A stretch of 64,000 nucleotides of DNA. Source: Octopus bimaculoides. Lineage: Eukaryota. Location: contig NC_068992.1 in the NCBI RefSeq assembly GCF_001194135.2, forward strand, positions 52,117,551-52,181,550, written 5' to 3'. Of the stretch, positions 26,415 to 37,440 are shown one piece after another. The notes under the pieces were generated by a model. The model had not been told where the DNA came from. It searched no databases and saw nothing but the letters and a program-made list of their open reading frames with translations. A program made the position numbers and the translations under genes. Position 1 is the stretch's first letter. Each line of letters starts with the position of its first letter.

Positions 26415-26525
26415 AATGAAATTTCCCCAAGACAGCTGATGAAGGCTGGAGAGTACACCAACCGAAATGTGTTAACAACAAACAAGATGAGGACAAATAT
26501 CCATCAAATGCAAATAATGTAAATA
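26415..26525 (+). mobile_element. Short remnant with a hammerhead-like core, possibly from a Penelope-like element
   Basis: CTGATGA at 26436-26442, GGCTG/CAACC stem (one mismatch), GAAA at 26464-26467, then an AT-rich (AATAATGTA)-type tail. Stem III is missing. Confidence 0.5.
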
Positions 26526-26639
26526 ACTTTCTAATACAAAACATAATTTGAATATGTAATAATAATGAAATTCAAAGAGAAGTAAGTAGAAATTATGGAA
26601 AACAATTAAAACTGAAGGTAAAAAAGATTAAGTTACCCT

Positions 26640-26875
26640 CTGGAGTCATGCTGGCTCATAAGGGATGGTTTCCCACTTTCATGGTGTATATATTCTCAAC
26701 CTGGATGAGACACTGGTTCATCATCTTATTACTCATTTTTGCCAGCTGAGTAGCCGGAGAAACATGAAATAAAGTGTTTTTCTCAGGAACACAATGCATT
26801 GCCCAGTCCAGGAATTGAAACTACAATCTTACAATCATGAGTCCAAGACCCTACCACTAAGCCACATGTCTCCAC
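26640..26875 (-). mobile_element. SINE family B (tail type 1)
   Basis: Reverse complement GGAGACATGTGGCTTAGTGGTAGGG...TCAATTCCTGGACTGGG...ACTCAGCTGGCAAAAATGAGTAAT; tail as 61560-61650. Confidence 0.85.
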
Positions 26876-28309
26876 ATTATAATAACTGAAGCCATTACAG
26901 TGAATTAACAAATGGGTTTTATTCAATTTGTAACCACTTGATGAGTAAATATACTTTTTAATTGCTAGTGTATTAATTTAGTTTAAAGTTTAATCAAGAA
27001 GATTCATGTTACAAATTTATAAGCTTCATAAACAATCAATGTTTAAAAACATTCTATTATGTTTTTATTATTAGATATTATTAGGAATTGTATAAAAAAT
27101 TGTTAACATATTTTATGTATTGTAGAAGCATAAGCAATTTATTGCATATAAATTGTAACATTTAAATCTTACATGGACCTCCAAAGATCATGTGGACCCT
27201 GGTTGAGAAACTGTTATGTCTCAAGCTACTGCTATCTAGCACCTTCGGATGATCTCTACTCAACCGCTACTCGACTGCTACTCAACAGTCACTCAACTCT
27301 CAACCATGGTCAGATTACCTCTATTTATATGTTTTTGGCGATCCTACTTCTTTGCTTAGGGGCGTCAACACAACAGAAACACTGATTTAAAGGATAGCTA
27401 GTAGACATCTGCCAATGGTAGTGTGTGGCTGGATAGTTCATTCAATTAATATCAGCATTAGTAATTGAAGTAGTTTTATATTCTATGCATGATGAAATTT
27501 TAAGAACAAGCAAGAAATCTGACTCATATCAACTGAAAAACCAATGATTTTTTATTACCTTTTGTTTTGCCAACATTAACTAAACAGCATTCTTATGCAC
27601 TTCAAGGATCAACAAACAAACTGTACATTGAAATAACAGTTTGCCATATATTCAACTTGGACTTTGAATATTGGGATAGTCTTTAAGATGTGTAAATTTT
27701 CATGATCAAAAAGTTTTTTGCAAAATTATCTCATTGATTTTTATTCTTGTATTACAATCCTTTTTTCATGGATATTTATTTATTTTCTAATTTTAACTTA
27801 TGAACATTATTACTACAGAACATTTGTAATAAAGGTTTATGTATAAGATGGCATTTAAGGATCTCATAGGATTTAATCACGATCAAGTAATGTTGTGTTA
27901 TAGCTTTAAGAAAAGCATTCGATTTCCTTCATATAATATGTGGAATATAATTAGAAGTTCCATCTTTAAAATAATTGATTAGATTGGTTATACAAGTAAA
28001 GATGGAAGTAGTTTAAATTGTCATAAATTATAAATAATGTTAAAATGTTCAAATAACAATGATATTATATAGGGACAGAAACATGTGTGTGTGTGTGTGT
28101 GTGTGTGGAATAATGTTAGAGATGGCTAGCATTGTACAATCAGTTCAGAAAAATAGTAAAAGTCTTAAAAGTGCCAGAGGAAGTATTTATACTGAGTGGT
28201 AATATTTATTCTCACTCAAACATGGGTGTTCTTTTAGAACAAACTATACTGCAATAGGTGTCTTGAGAGAAATTCTCATATTGGCATTTGGTACAAAATG
28301 CTCTCTATT

Positions 28310-28545
28310 GGTCTCTTTTTGCCAAACCACTAAGTTGCAGGGACATAAGCAAATCAACACCAGTTGTCAAGTGATAGTAGGGTACAAACACTGACACAAC
28401 ACACACACACACACACACACACAAGACTGGCTTCTTTCAGTTTCCGTCTACCAAATCCACTTGCCCAAGGTGCCATGCAGTGGGACTGAACCTGGAACCA
28501 TGTGGTTGAGAGGCAAGCTTCTTACCTCACAGCCACACCTGCATG
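28310..28545 (-). mobile_element. SINE family A, internally deleted
   Basis: CTTCTTTCAGTTTCCGTCTACCAAATCCAC|TTGCCCAAGGTGCC...CTTCTTACCTCACAGCCAC. Confidence 0.85.
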
Positions 28546-30479
28546 GCTTCTTTTTTCTCCTCTCAATATATCTACAATGCTTGCATGAGTAACTGATGTT
28601 GTACTCATCTTTTGGTGCATGAATGTACTTTTTTGACATGTGTAAGGTCTGTAGCCACTCCAAATTGAAGCATTGTCTAGAGCCTAGAAGACACACCTCA
28701 TCATTGTGATCTAATTTCCATTTTTTTTTTCATATAAGACATCAGCAATAGTAAATTAGCAATTAGTAAAATCTCATTTAATCACTGCCCAGAGCACAGC
28801 TGGTTAAAAAGATTACATAAAATTAAAGGTAACTATAGAGAAAAAAATGAAAAACTAAATAGCTGATAATGATGTATTTCTAATATAGAAAACTAAATCA
28901 GTATTTAAAATCTACTTTAGAAAGTTATTTTTAATTATATTGATGTTTAACAATTTACTATATCATTGTATGAGATTACATGTAATAGACTAAGCTCATT
29001 GTTTCACAAGTTTATTGATCTAATTTCATATTTAGTTACCGCCGATTCAATGAACTAAAACTTCTGCTATGGGCGGAACATATAAAAAATAATAGAATGA
29101 AATTAAAAATAATTTTTATGTTTATTTTATGCACTTGTAAATTACTAGTTTAAGCTTGCTGTCTCTTTATTTCAATCATAAAAGGATTGAAAAAAAAACA
29201 AATAAAAGGGAAAAGATTGAGAGAAAGAATGAAAAATTCAACTAAATAAAATCCATCACTCAACATTTTCTAAGACAATCAGATTTGAGATGAAAAACAG
29301 TTTCAACAGAAAGTTATTGAAGTTGCTTCCAATTGAAATTTCTTTATGGTAATAAACTTACAGCTATCTCGCTCATCATTTTTATCTAACCTGTGCTGCT
29401 AAATTAGACTAATAGAATCAATTTCCTCAATCTGTTTACTATCTCAGAAATTCATTGCTATTGGATCTCAAAGACATTGATTTTTCACCAGACCTACAGC
29501 TAAGACCAAAGCAGAAAGTAGAATATAGTCTATTCTATATAAGTTTTGACATTTTCTTACATTCTTGTTCTTTATCTTATTACCATTTTCAGATTCTTTA
29601 TTGTTTTCTTCTTCTTTTTTTCTTTTGCAACACACTTATTCTGATTGGCTTCTTGAACAAAAGAACAAACAATTTTTTTCTGAAACAGAATTTCCGATTG
29701 CTTTATTGACTTTTGCTAAGCTGATGCACCCCAAATTAGAAGCAACATTTTTACACAATACAAATTTTAAACAAAACTAAATACATGCAAAAAGAATCTT
29801 ATTATATCCTTTGACAATTTATATCAATTTGTTTGCTCATTTTTCTTTTTACTTCGCATAGTGGCCTATAATATTAACTAACATTTCAACTTCAATTTAT
29901 CTATTAAAATGAAATCCATTTGTTTTATCACTTACAATAGATAGTAACTAGATTTAACATCTTATGAACTGAAGGGAAATGCCAAAGAATGCTTTAAGTG
30001 TTTTTCTAAGAAATTAAAATTTTAACTAAAATCTGAAATTAATCTCCTAAAATTATATTAAAAGTCACCACTTCTCATCAATAACCCAAACAACAAAAGC
30101 GTTATAAAAAGCAATATAGTAGCAGGCCTAGCAGAATTTATGCATAACCATGATTAAATCAAATGGAGAAAAAGTGCATGTAATAAGAGCAGTAAATGCA
30201 ACAATGCAAATTGTATTACAAGTGCTGTATAGAAATAACTGTGAAGATACCAAGTCAAAGTCCTGTTCTCTAACGAATAAGAGAAGCAACAATTATACAT
30301 ACACCAGTATCATGTGCAAATGAAATCAATATGAATCCATATACATAAACTAGAGAGCCTTTAGTTGATCAATTGACTTGCTAGAGATAGCAACTGAATG
30401 TTTCTTAAATCACACAGTATTGTCTTTAAAAGAAAAAAAGAAATTTTGAATAATCTAGTGTAGTAAGTTAATCAGTGAA

Positions 30480-31010
30480 TCAAAAACTTCTTGGCATTCT
30501 TGACACATGTTTTCTGTTCCTCTCTGTCAATTATGTTCTTTTTAAGCTCTTGGTTATTTATAATCCAGTTTCTTTTATAATTTGAGTGTAGTGTAGATTT
30601 TTGCTGGTCTACCTCATCTTTGTTTACCATATGAAAATGTGCCATTGAAGAACTTCAGTTACTAGCTTCTTGTTTCACCAGCAATGACTAATAAATCTAA
30701 GTCTGTACTCTTGTATAGTCTCTATGATACACAAGGTGCCATATCTCCAAATTTAAGAGTGATATCAGAATCGGGATTAGTGAAGCATGGAGAATGCTTA
30801 ATTGTTTGGATAAGATAAAGAAATCCAATCTTGTATGAAAATCTAAAACAGACTTTTTCATAGATACAGATGAACCAATTTTAGTTTACGCTTCGATAAC
30901 ATGGACACTTGCAGTTCCCAAGAACAAAACTCTAAATGGTACATACATCACAGTATTCCATGCTGTTCTAAATATATAATGGCATCAATACATGACTAAT
31001 CTAGTCTTGT
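30480..31010 (-). mobile_element. RTE-clade LINE fragment with an inverted 5' part
   Basis: Minus 30733-30480: CIIETIQEYRLRFISHCW*NKKLVTEVLQW / YGKQR*GRPAKIY / QELKKNIIDREEQKTCVKNA. Plus 30740-31010: ISKFKSDIRIGISEAWRMLNCLDKIKKSNLV*KSKTDFFIDTDEPILVYASITWTL...LNGTYITVFHAVLNI*WHQYMTNLVL. These are adjacent parts of RTE ORF2. Confidence 0.75.
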
Positions 31011-31109
31011 CTTGGATTGTCATGAGTGGAAATCCTTTCTTTGTAGGTCATCAGAATCAGATTTGACATGGGGTTTAATAACAACAAGAACAACACTGAG
31101 GTGCAGGTT

Positions 31110-31290
31110 TGTAAGTGTTTCATCATCGTTATCATCACCAGATCCCCACCACCACCACACTGCCACTGGCAGCTGCATCACCACCACCACTACCACCACT
31201 GCCACTGCTGCCACTTCCACCACTGCTGCTGCTACCACTGCCACCACCACTGCTGCCATCATGGCTAAACCCACAACCACCATCGTTGTT
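31110..31290. repeat. (CAT)n/(CAC)n/(CTG)n-type trinucleotide repeat
   Basis: Seen directly; explains the poly-T/A/H/P ORFs at 31012-31344. Confidence 0.9.
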
Positions 31291-31739
31291 TCAATATCTA
31301 CTTTGCAATGCTTGCACAACTTAGACAAGAATAAGTTGCAGTAGAGTTTTCTATGGCTGGATGCCTTTCCTAACGGTAACCCTCAACAGTCTCTCATTCA
31401 ACAAAAAAAAACTAGTCTCACTTATGCAGAGAAACAGAAACAAGTAACATTGGATAAATGTACCTTCTGCTTATAAACGTTGCACAACATTTTAAGAGAG
31501 GTTAAGAAGCTCAGACATACTCTGTGAGGGACTGGAAACAAACAAAACCAATTTTTGGTGAGGCCATTAATTTCAAGCAATCAACAGATGTGACCATAAA
31601 GGAAATAGAAATTCACCCACAAAATCACATGGTTGGAAAGTGAACCTCTTAAGCCTCTCATCAAGTAATACATGTACAAGAGACATCCATCATACCCAAT
31701 AATATATTTTGGTATTGCATCAAAATATATGGCAACAAA

Positions 31740-32160
31740 CTCACAGAATTTTTAGCATGTCAGGCAAAATGCTTAGCATCATTTAATCTGTCTTTATGTC
31801 TGAGTTCAAATCCGTCAAGATTTCCTTTGCCTTTTATCTCTTCAAGTTTGATAAAGTAAGTACCAGTTAAACATTGGAGTCACTGTAATCGAATTGCCCG
31901 TTCCCTGAAATTGCCGGCCTTGTGCTAAAATTTGAAACTAAAATTACATAAAATATTATGGCAGGGAACTGCATGAATCATTGTAGCAATGGGAACAATT
32001 TACAGGTTTACATTCTGAGTTGAAGTACTGCTGAAGTCAGCTTTACTTTTCTCATCTACAGATTCAGTAAAATAAAGTACCAGTCTCGTACTTGGGTTGA
32101 TGTTGAGTACAACAACTCCATCCCTCAAATTGTTGGCTTTGTGCCTAAATGAGAAACAAG
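31740..32160 (+). mobile_element. Two tandem degenerate SINE family C copies
   Basis: Each has CTGAGTT...AT/AAA(G/A)TAAGTACCAG...GGCCTTGTGC motifs (31740-31940 and 31960-32160). Confidence 0.7.
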
Positions 32161-32216
32161 CATTAGAAAAATATTACAAAAGAATATAAAAATTCTTTAT
32201 TTTAAATTGTCTAGAT

Positions 32217-32557
32217 CAGTGGTTCCACCTGGGGCCTGTATGACCCCTGGGGATCCATATAAGATTTCTGAGGGTCCATGCAAGCAAAATAGTAAATTGG
32301 GTACACACAGTATTATATTAAGATTCAATTAAAAAGTTTGATTTAGATGTATTTGTTGGAAGGAATAGCAACATTTCCTTCTTAAATGTTTTGCATAGTT
32401 CAGCCTATGCCAGTTAATGTGTGAATAACAAAACAGGAATATTGAAAGAAGAATCAATAAAACATCAAAGTTTTTAGACATCATATGGCTATGAATTTTA
32501 CGAAAGTAAAATAGTAATCAAAGGGTTCCATAGATAAAAAACAGTTGAGAACCATTG
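32217..32557 (+). mobile_element. hAT (Charlie-like) MITE, 341 bp
   Basis: Ends CAGTGGTTC... and ...GTTGAGAACCATTG. Flanks GTCTAGAT / GTCGAGAG form a 6/8 target-site duplication. Collinear with 43367-43705. Confidence 0.8.
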
Positions 32558-32609
32558 GTCGAGAGACAGAAGGGGGAGACAGACAGACAGACAGACAGAC
32601 ACAGAGAGA

Positions 32610-32980
32610 CAAAGATATGCAACATGGCTGTGTGGATAAGATGTTTGCTTCTCAACCACATAGTTGTGGGGTCAGCCCCACTGAATTGCAGCTTGGGTAA
32701 GTATTTCTCTACTATAGTCCTGGGACAACCAAAGCTTTGCGAGTTGATTTGGTAGATGGAAAATGAAAGAAGCCTACTTTACATATGCATGTGTGTGTGT
32801 GTATCTTTTACCATGTCTTGACATCACATTCATATATGCATAAATGACGAGCCCCTTTCAGCTTCCACCAAATCCATCAGAAAGCTTTTGTTTGCGTAAT
32901 TCTAAATTAGAAGACACTTGTCTAAAGCACTACATAGTGATTCTGAACCCGAAATCGTATATGGAAAAGCAAATTTCTTA
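32610..32980. mobile_element. Pair of oppositely oriented SINE family A heads (+ 32610-32800, - 32830-32980)
   Basis: CATGGCTGTGTGGATAAG...GAAAGAAGCC on plus; CCACCAAATCC...GAAGACACTTGTC...GAACCCGAAATC on minus. Confidence 0.7.
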
Positions 32981-33508
32981 ACAAAATATATCAGAAATAA
33001 ATTCAAATACTAATTTTATAATATCTGTTTTGAACATAATGCCTAGGAAATTATACTTAAAACCTAACATACTGAAAACTAGAGATATGTCTATCCTAGT
33101 TTCTTGGCTTGTAAGATAGTATAGCTTGGTATCACACATATATAAATGAAATCGTGTTCAGATATAATTAAAGTTTCTTATATATGTTCAGACGTAAAGG
33201 TAATAAACATATAAATAGTGTATATGTATGGACATATTTAAGTGAATAAGCAGCAGCGGTGCCAATAATTTCTTGTAAGTTGAACCAAAAATAACAGTCA
33301 GTAAATTAAATAGAATACGGTCAGTCTAAAATAACAAAACAATGTCACGATTGCTATCTTATTAGCATTTAGTCTCAAATGTCAAGACATAGTAGTTCAA
33401 TTCTACTTAAGTTACTTTGGAAATCGGATAGTAAGAGAATAAAAGGTGATTTAATAGGATTAATTCATTTATTTCTGATGATTCAGTGCATCAGATATTG
33501 TAAGTTAC

Positions 33509-33534
33509 CTCAAGGGAAGCTTTAAAATCTGACG
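33509..33534 (-). CDS. Candidate 26-nt micro-exon (RQILKLPL in phase 0 to 2, or SDFKASLE in phase 1 to 0)
   Basis: Long T-tract acceptor ...TTTTCATGTGACTTACAG and donor GAG|GTAACT. Too short to judge coding potential. Confidence 0.2.
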
Positions 33535-34049
33535 CTGTAAGTCACATGAAAAAAAAAAAAAAAGGAGAAAGAAAGAGGAAATATTCTCACTTTTACTTTG
33601 CAACTGTTACTTAAAATTCCATATTTATGAGTGTTCAAGATGGCTATTTATAGCCCCATGTAAAGTAAAAAAAAAAAAAAACCATTGAGAATAAATGATT
33701 TATAAAGGGGAAAGATTTTAAGTTGTAGTGATATTAAAATTGTTAATATTTTTACCAAAAATACCATTAATTTAATGTTTTTATCAGCTGAATAATGATT
33801 ATTAACTTATTGAAATTGATATTGCTTTCTTAAAGAATTTATTAAAAAATTTGCATAATTGGTAGTCATATATAATAAAAACGAACCTAAATTTGTATAG
33901 AAATTTATTTAAAGCTTATGAAAACTAAATGTATTCTAAATCCAATATGTATATACTATAAATATTATATTTTGAGCTGTCACTATCATCTTCAGATATG
34001 AATCATTGTTTTGTATTTTGATATTTACAACAATGGAAGGTGACAAGCT

Positions 34050-34245
34050 GCCACAACCATGGGTATTCTGAGCAAGACACTTAACAGTATTTTGCGTGTC
34101 TTTATGTTCTGAGTTCAAATGCCACTGAAGTCATTTTGCTTTTCATTTTGTCAGGATTGATAAAAATTAATACCAGTTGCAACTAGGGTCAATGTAATCG
34201 ACTTACCGCCTTCCCACAAATTGCTGGCCTTGTGCTAAAATTTTA
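34050..34245 (+). mobile_element. SINE family C
   Basis: ATGTTCTGAGTTCAAATGCCACTGAAGTC...GGTCAATGTAATCGACTT...GCTGGCCTTGTGCTAAAATTT. Confidence 0.8.
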
Positions 34246-34356
34246 ACCCAATATTTACCACAATGTTTTTTATTGGTTTGGTTTGCAATTGTCATCCGTG
34301 AAGTACAAGCCTGGTCTCTGAAGTAGAAGCATCAAGATCATCATGATGGTACTTAC

Positions 34357-34405
34357 ACAAGGCATTTCCTGAAGGCTTGAAAAACCTAACATCATGAGCT
34401 TAAGA
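34357..34405 (-). CDS. Candidate 49-nt exon (LKLMMLGFSSLQEMPC), phase 2 to 0
   Basis: Acceptor AAATTTCTCCTTAG and donor TGT|GTAAGT. Alternative AGs exist nearby. Confidence 0.2.
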
Positions 34406-34424
34406 CTAAGGAGAAATTTTATGG

Positions 34425-34910
34425 ACATAGTACTGTGTGATTAAGAATCTTGCTTTTCGGTTATGCTCCTGAGGATTCAGTCCCACTGTGCAGCACCTAG
34501 GACCAGTATCTTCTACTATAATATTACACCACTCAAAGCCCTTTCATCGATATAGGAGAAAGAACCTGAAAAACTCTTGTACTATGTGTGTGTGTCTGAG
34601 TCTGTGTATCTGTATATGTGTGCATAAAGGTGAGCCTGTGTGTGCATATAGGAGGGTGTGTTTCTACATATTTGTCCTTTTCTTGACATTCAGTGCTGTT
34701 TTTAAATGAGTGTTACAGTCATACAAATGGTGTCATATGTACCTAGCCTTCTATGAATAACATGTCTGGCCACAAGGGAATATCACTGTCCTTGGGAACA
34801 GGTTAGGGTTGGTGACAAGAGGGACGTCTCTGTCTGTAGAATATCTTCCTCAACAAACTCTATCTGATCCATGCAAGCCTGGTAAAATGAACTTTAAAAC
34901 GATGATGATT
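34425..34910 (+). mobile_element. SINE: family A head with RTE-type tail
   Basis: TACTGTGTGATTAAGAATC...GGATTCAGTCCCACTGTGCAGCACC...(TG)n...GGGTTGGTGACAAGAGGGAC...GATCCATGCAAGCCTGG...TTTAAAACGATGATG. Confidence 0.7.
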
Positions 34911-34914
34911 CTAT

Positions 34915-35281
34915 CCATCCATACTTTAGTTCTTCTGTACAAGGAAGTCTTTACTAGCCACTGCTACCATACTGAAGATGAGGCCATATAAGGTATTACG
35001 TTTTTGAAGATTCTCTCATCGTCTGATAGAGATCAAAACCACTATACTACATTGATGCTCCTGATGCTATTTGTAGAAATGCGTAACAGGAAATTAGTGA
35101 CATAAGAAAGTATGACATGGTGAAATTTATTGTAGCTGTAACCATTAGAAGAAGAAGAAGAAGAAGAAGAAGAAGAAGAAGAAGAAGAAGAAGAAGAAGA
35201 AGAAGAAGAGAAGAAGAAGAGAAGAAGAAGAAGAAGAAGAAGAAGAAGAAGAAGAAGAAGAAGAAGAAGACGAAGAAGAAG
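34915..35281 (+). mobile_element. Decayed RTE-like 3' end followed by a (GAA)n tract (35148-35281)
   Basis: Translation fragments SHCYHTEDEAI and KPLYYIDA...QEISDIRK...KFIVAVT resemble the RTE C-terminus. The (GAA)n tract abuts the end. Confidence 0.45.
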
Positions 35282-36194
35282 ACCTAATTCAAATCTAGTC
35301 TAATACAATGAATGTTTATTTTTAATTAATTAATATTCAGATTAATCTATCAACTGTCTTGCTTATTTATCCAATTTGTTTCAAATTAGTCTTGAATTAT
35401 CTCATATCTTCATGATTATTATTATGTGATTATGTTTAGTATGACAGTGTAGGGTAGGTGTGAGAGGCCAGATTTGGCCAGTTTGAATATTTGGCCAAAT
35501 ATCTGGACAAGGCATGTCCTGTTTGAAGGCTAATAGGTAAGCTAAGAATAATAACATTCTTATCCATTCTGCCACTGATGACTTTTAGGTTATTTAATTA
35601 ATTTTCTACTGAAAGCAACAACATCAAGACAATCTCAATATCTTGTACATACCCAGGAATATCCTTCATAATGATTGAAGATCAAAACTATTGGAACATA
35701 GTGTAGATGTCAATGTTAAAAATATGCTTCATCTCTAAAGTTGAGGTTAATAGCTTGGAAAATTATAATCGGCTTAACAATAACACAGTTCAGATATTTA
35801 AACATTTGACATGTAGAATATTTTAAGCATTACTAAATTGATGCATTAAAAATCTTTGTTGTTATTTCCATTGTTTTAGAATTTTCTGAACACACTCTTG
35901 ACAGAATCATTTTAATAAATGATGTATTATTCTGTTAACTCTACACTGTGTACTGAATTCTTAATCCTGTTTTCTACAATACAGATTAAAATCCAATTTG
36001 TCAAAAGGTGCCAGGGTTGAATATGTTTCTGACATCAGAATTTCTCCTGCCTAGTCATCTATTCCTTGGATTAAACGTTCATTGCGTTAGAGGAAATAAA
36101 TCTTCTGATTATGTATTTACTATCAAGACAAAGATCAGTTCATATTGCCTTATTTCATTTAAGCAACAACTGTTGATTGGCAAAAGTATCAATG

Positions 36195-36522
36195 TTTTAA
36201 GACTGACCAGTTTACAGAATACACAGTGCCTTAAATTGATAGATGTCTTGCAAACAACTCGCACATGCAAGTGCTACCAGTCGAGAACTCCGTATACCGG
36301 AAGCCAGCAAGTGTATGGGGTCATCAGGAGAGAATGCATGCCGTTTCGGGGCCTACCTCTCGACGGCATCAATGTGCACTGGCCCCCCCTCACTGGTATG
36401 AGGCCTCGCTTGCTACATCAACTGGTTATTAAAAACAAAGCTCAATATTTCTCTAGTCATCGCTCATCAGCGTTTTTTTAAGACTGACCAGTTTACAGAA
36501 TAGACAGCTCCTTAAATTGATA
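36195..36522. other. 234-bp GC/CpG-rich insert (36242-36475) between 47-bp direct repeats
   Basis: Repeats at 36195-36241 and 36476-36522 are 44/47 identical. The insert has several internal complementary segments. Identity unknown. Confidence 0.85.
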
Positions 36523-36537
36523 TATTTTAAGAAAAAC

Positions 36538-36610
<73 letters not shown>

Positions 36611-36633
36611 AAGTGTATTCTTTTGCAATATAG

Positions 36634-37440
36634 GCATTGGTGTGGATGTGTGGTAAGAAGCTTGCTTCCCAATCACATGAGTCTGGGTTCATTTCCACTG
36701 CATGGCACCTTGGGCAAGTGTTTTCTACTACAGCTTCAGGTTGACCAAAGCTTTGTGAGTGGATTTAGTAGATGGAAACTGAAAAAATCTCTTCATGTAT
36801 GTGTGTGTGTGTGTGTGTGTGTGTATGAGGGTACATGGCTTAGTAGTTAGGGCATTGCATTTATAGTCACTAGATTGTGATTTCAATTTCTAGACTGGGT
36901 AGTGTGTTGTGTTCATGAGCAACACCCTTCATCTCATGTTACTTATTGACACCTGATGTGTGGCACACAATACACCTGTTCAGAAGACAACATCGATCTG
37001 ATGGAGAGAGTGAGCTAATGTGTGGCACGAACATTTGATCACTATAATCAAATCATTTGTGGAGGTCGTTTGGCAAAAGCTGAACATTCATATGTCGTCT
37101 TTGATGGGAGAGTCTATTATACATACTCACACACATACATACATACATACATACATACATACATACATACATACATACATACATACATACATACACACAC
37201 ATATATATATGTATATATCTATGTATATGTGTTCTTGTGTGTGTGTTTGTCTGCTACCACCGCTGGACAACCAGTGTTGGTATGTTTACATCCCTATAAT
37301 TTAGCAGTTAAGCCGAGGAAACCGGTTGAATAAGAACTAGACCTAAAAGAAATTAATCCTGGGGTCAATTTGTTTGGCTAGAACCCTTCAAGGTGGTGCC
37401 CCAGCACGGCTGGAGTCAAATGACTGAAGCCAGATAAAAA
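36634..37440 (+). mobile_element. SINE family A carrying a nested family B SINE (36826-37100, tail type 5) in its internal microsatellite
   Basis: A head at 36634-36800, B head GTACATGGCTTAGTAGTTAGGG, and A 3' half resuming at ~37240 and ending GTCAAATGACTGAAG. Confidence 0.8.

Noticed and set aside
29360-29495. Minus-strand segment with a strong acceptor and GTAAGT donor
   Set aside because: It has stops in all frames, and rescue would need a 41-nt intron.
36317-36372. Minus-strand GUC-GAGAG / CUCUC-CUGAUGA / GAAACGGC set resembling hammerhead helices I and III; an HDV-like fold was also tried
   Set aside because: The segments are in an order that fits none of the type I-III hammerhead permutations, helix II cannot pair (CCCC against CCCC), and the HDV L3 and J4/2 consensus residues are absent.
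36008-36481. 157-aa plus-strand ORF
   Set aside because: It runs from AT-rich flank through a direct repeat into the GC-rich insert, crossing insertion boundaries; GTG start and no recognisable domain.
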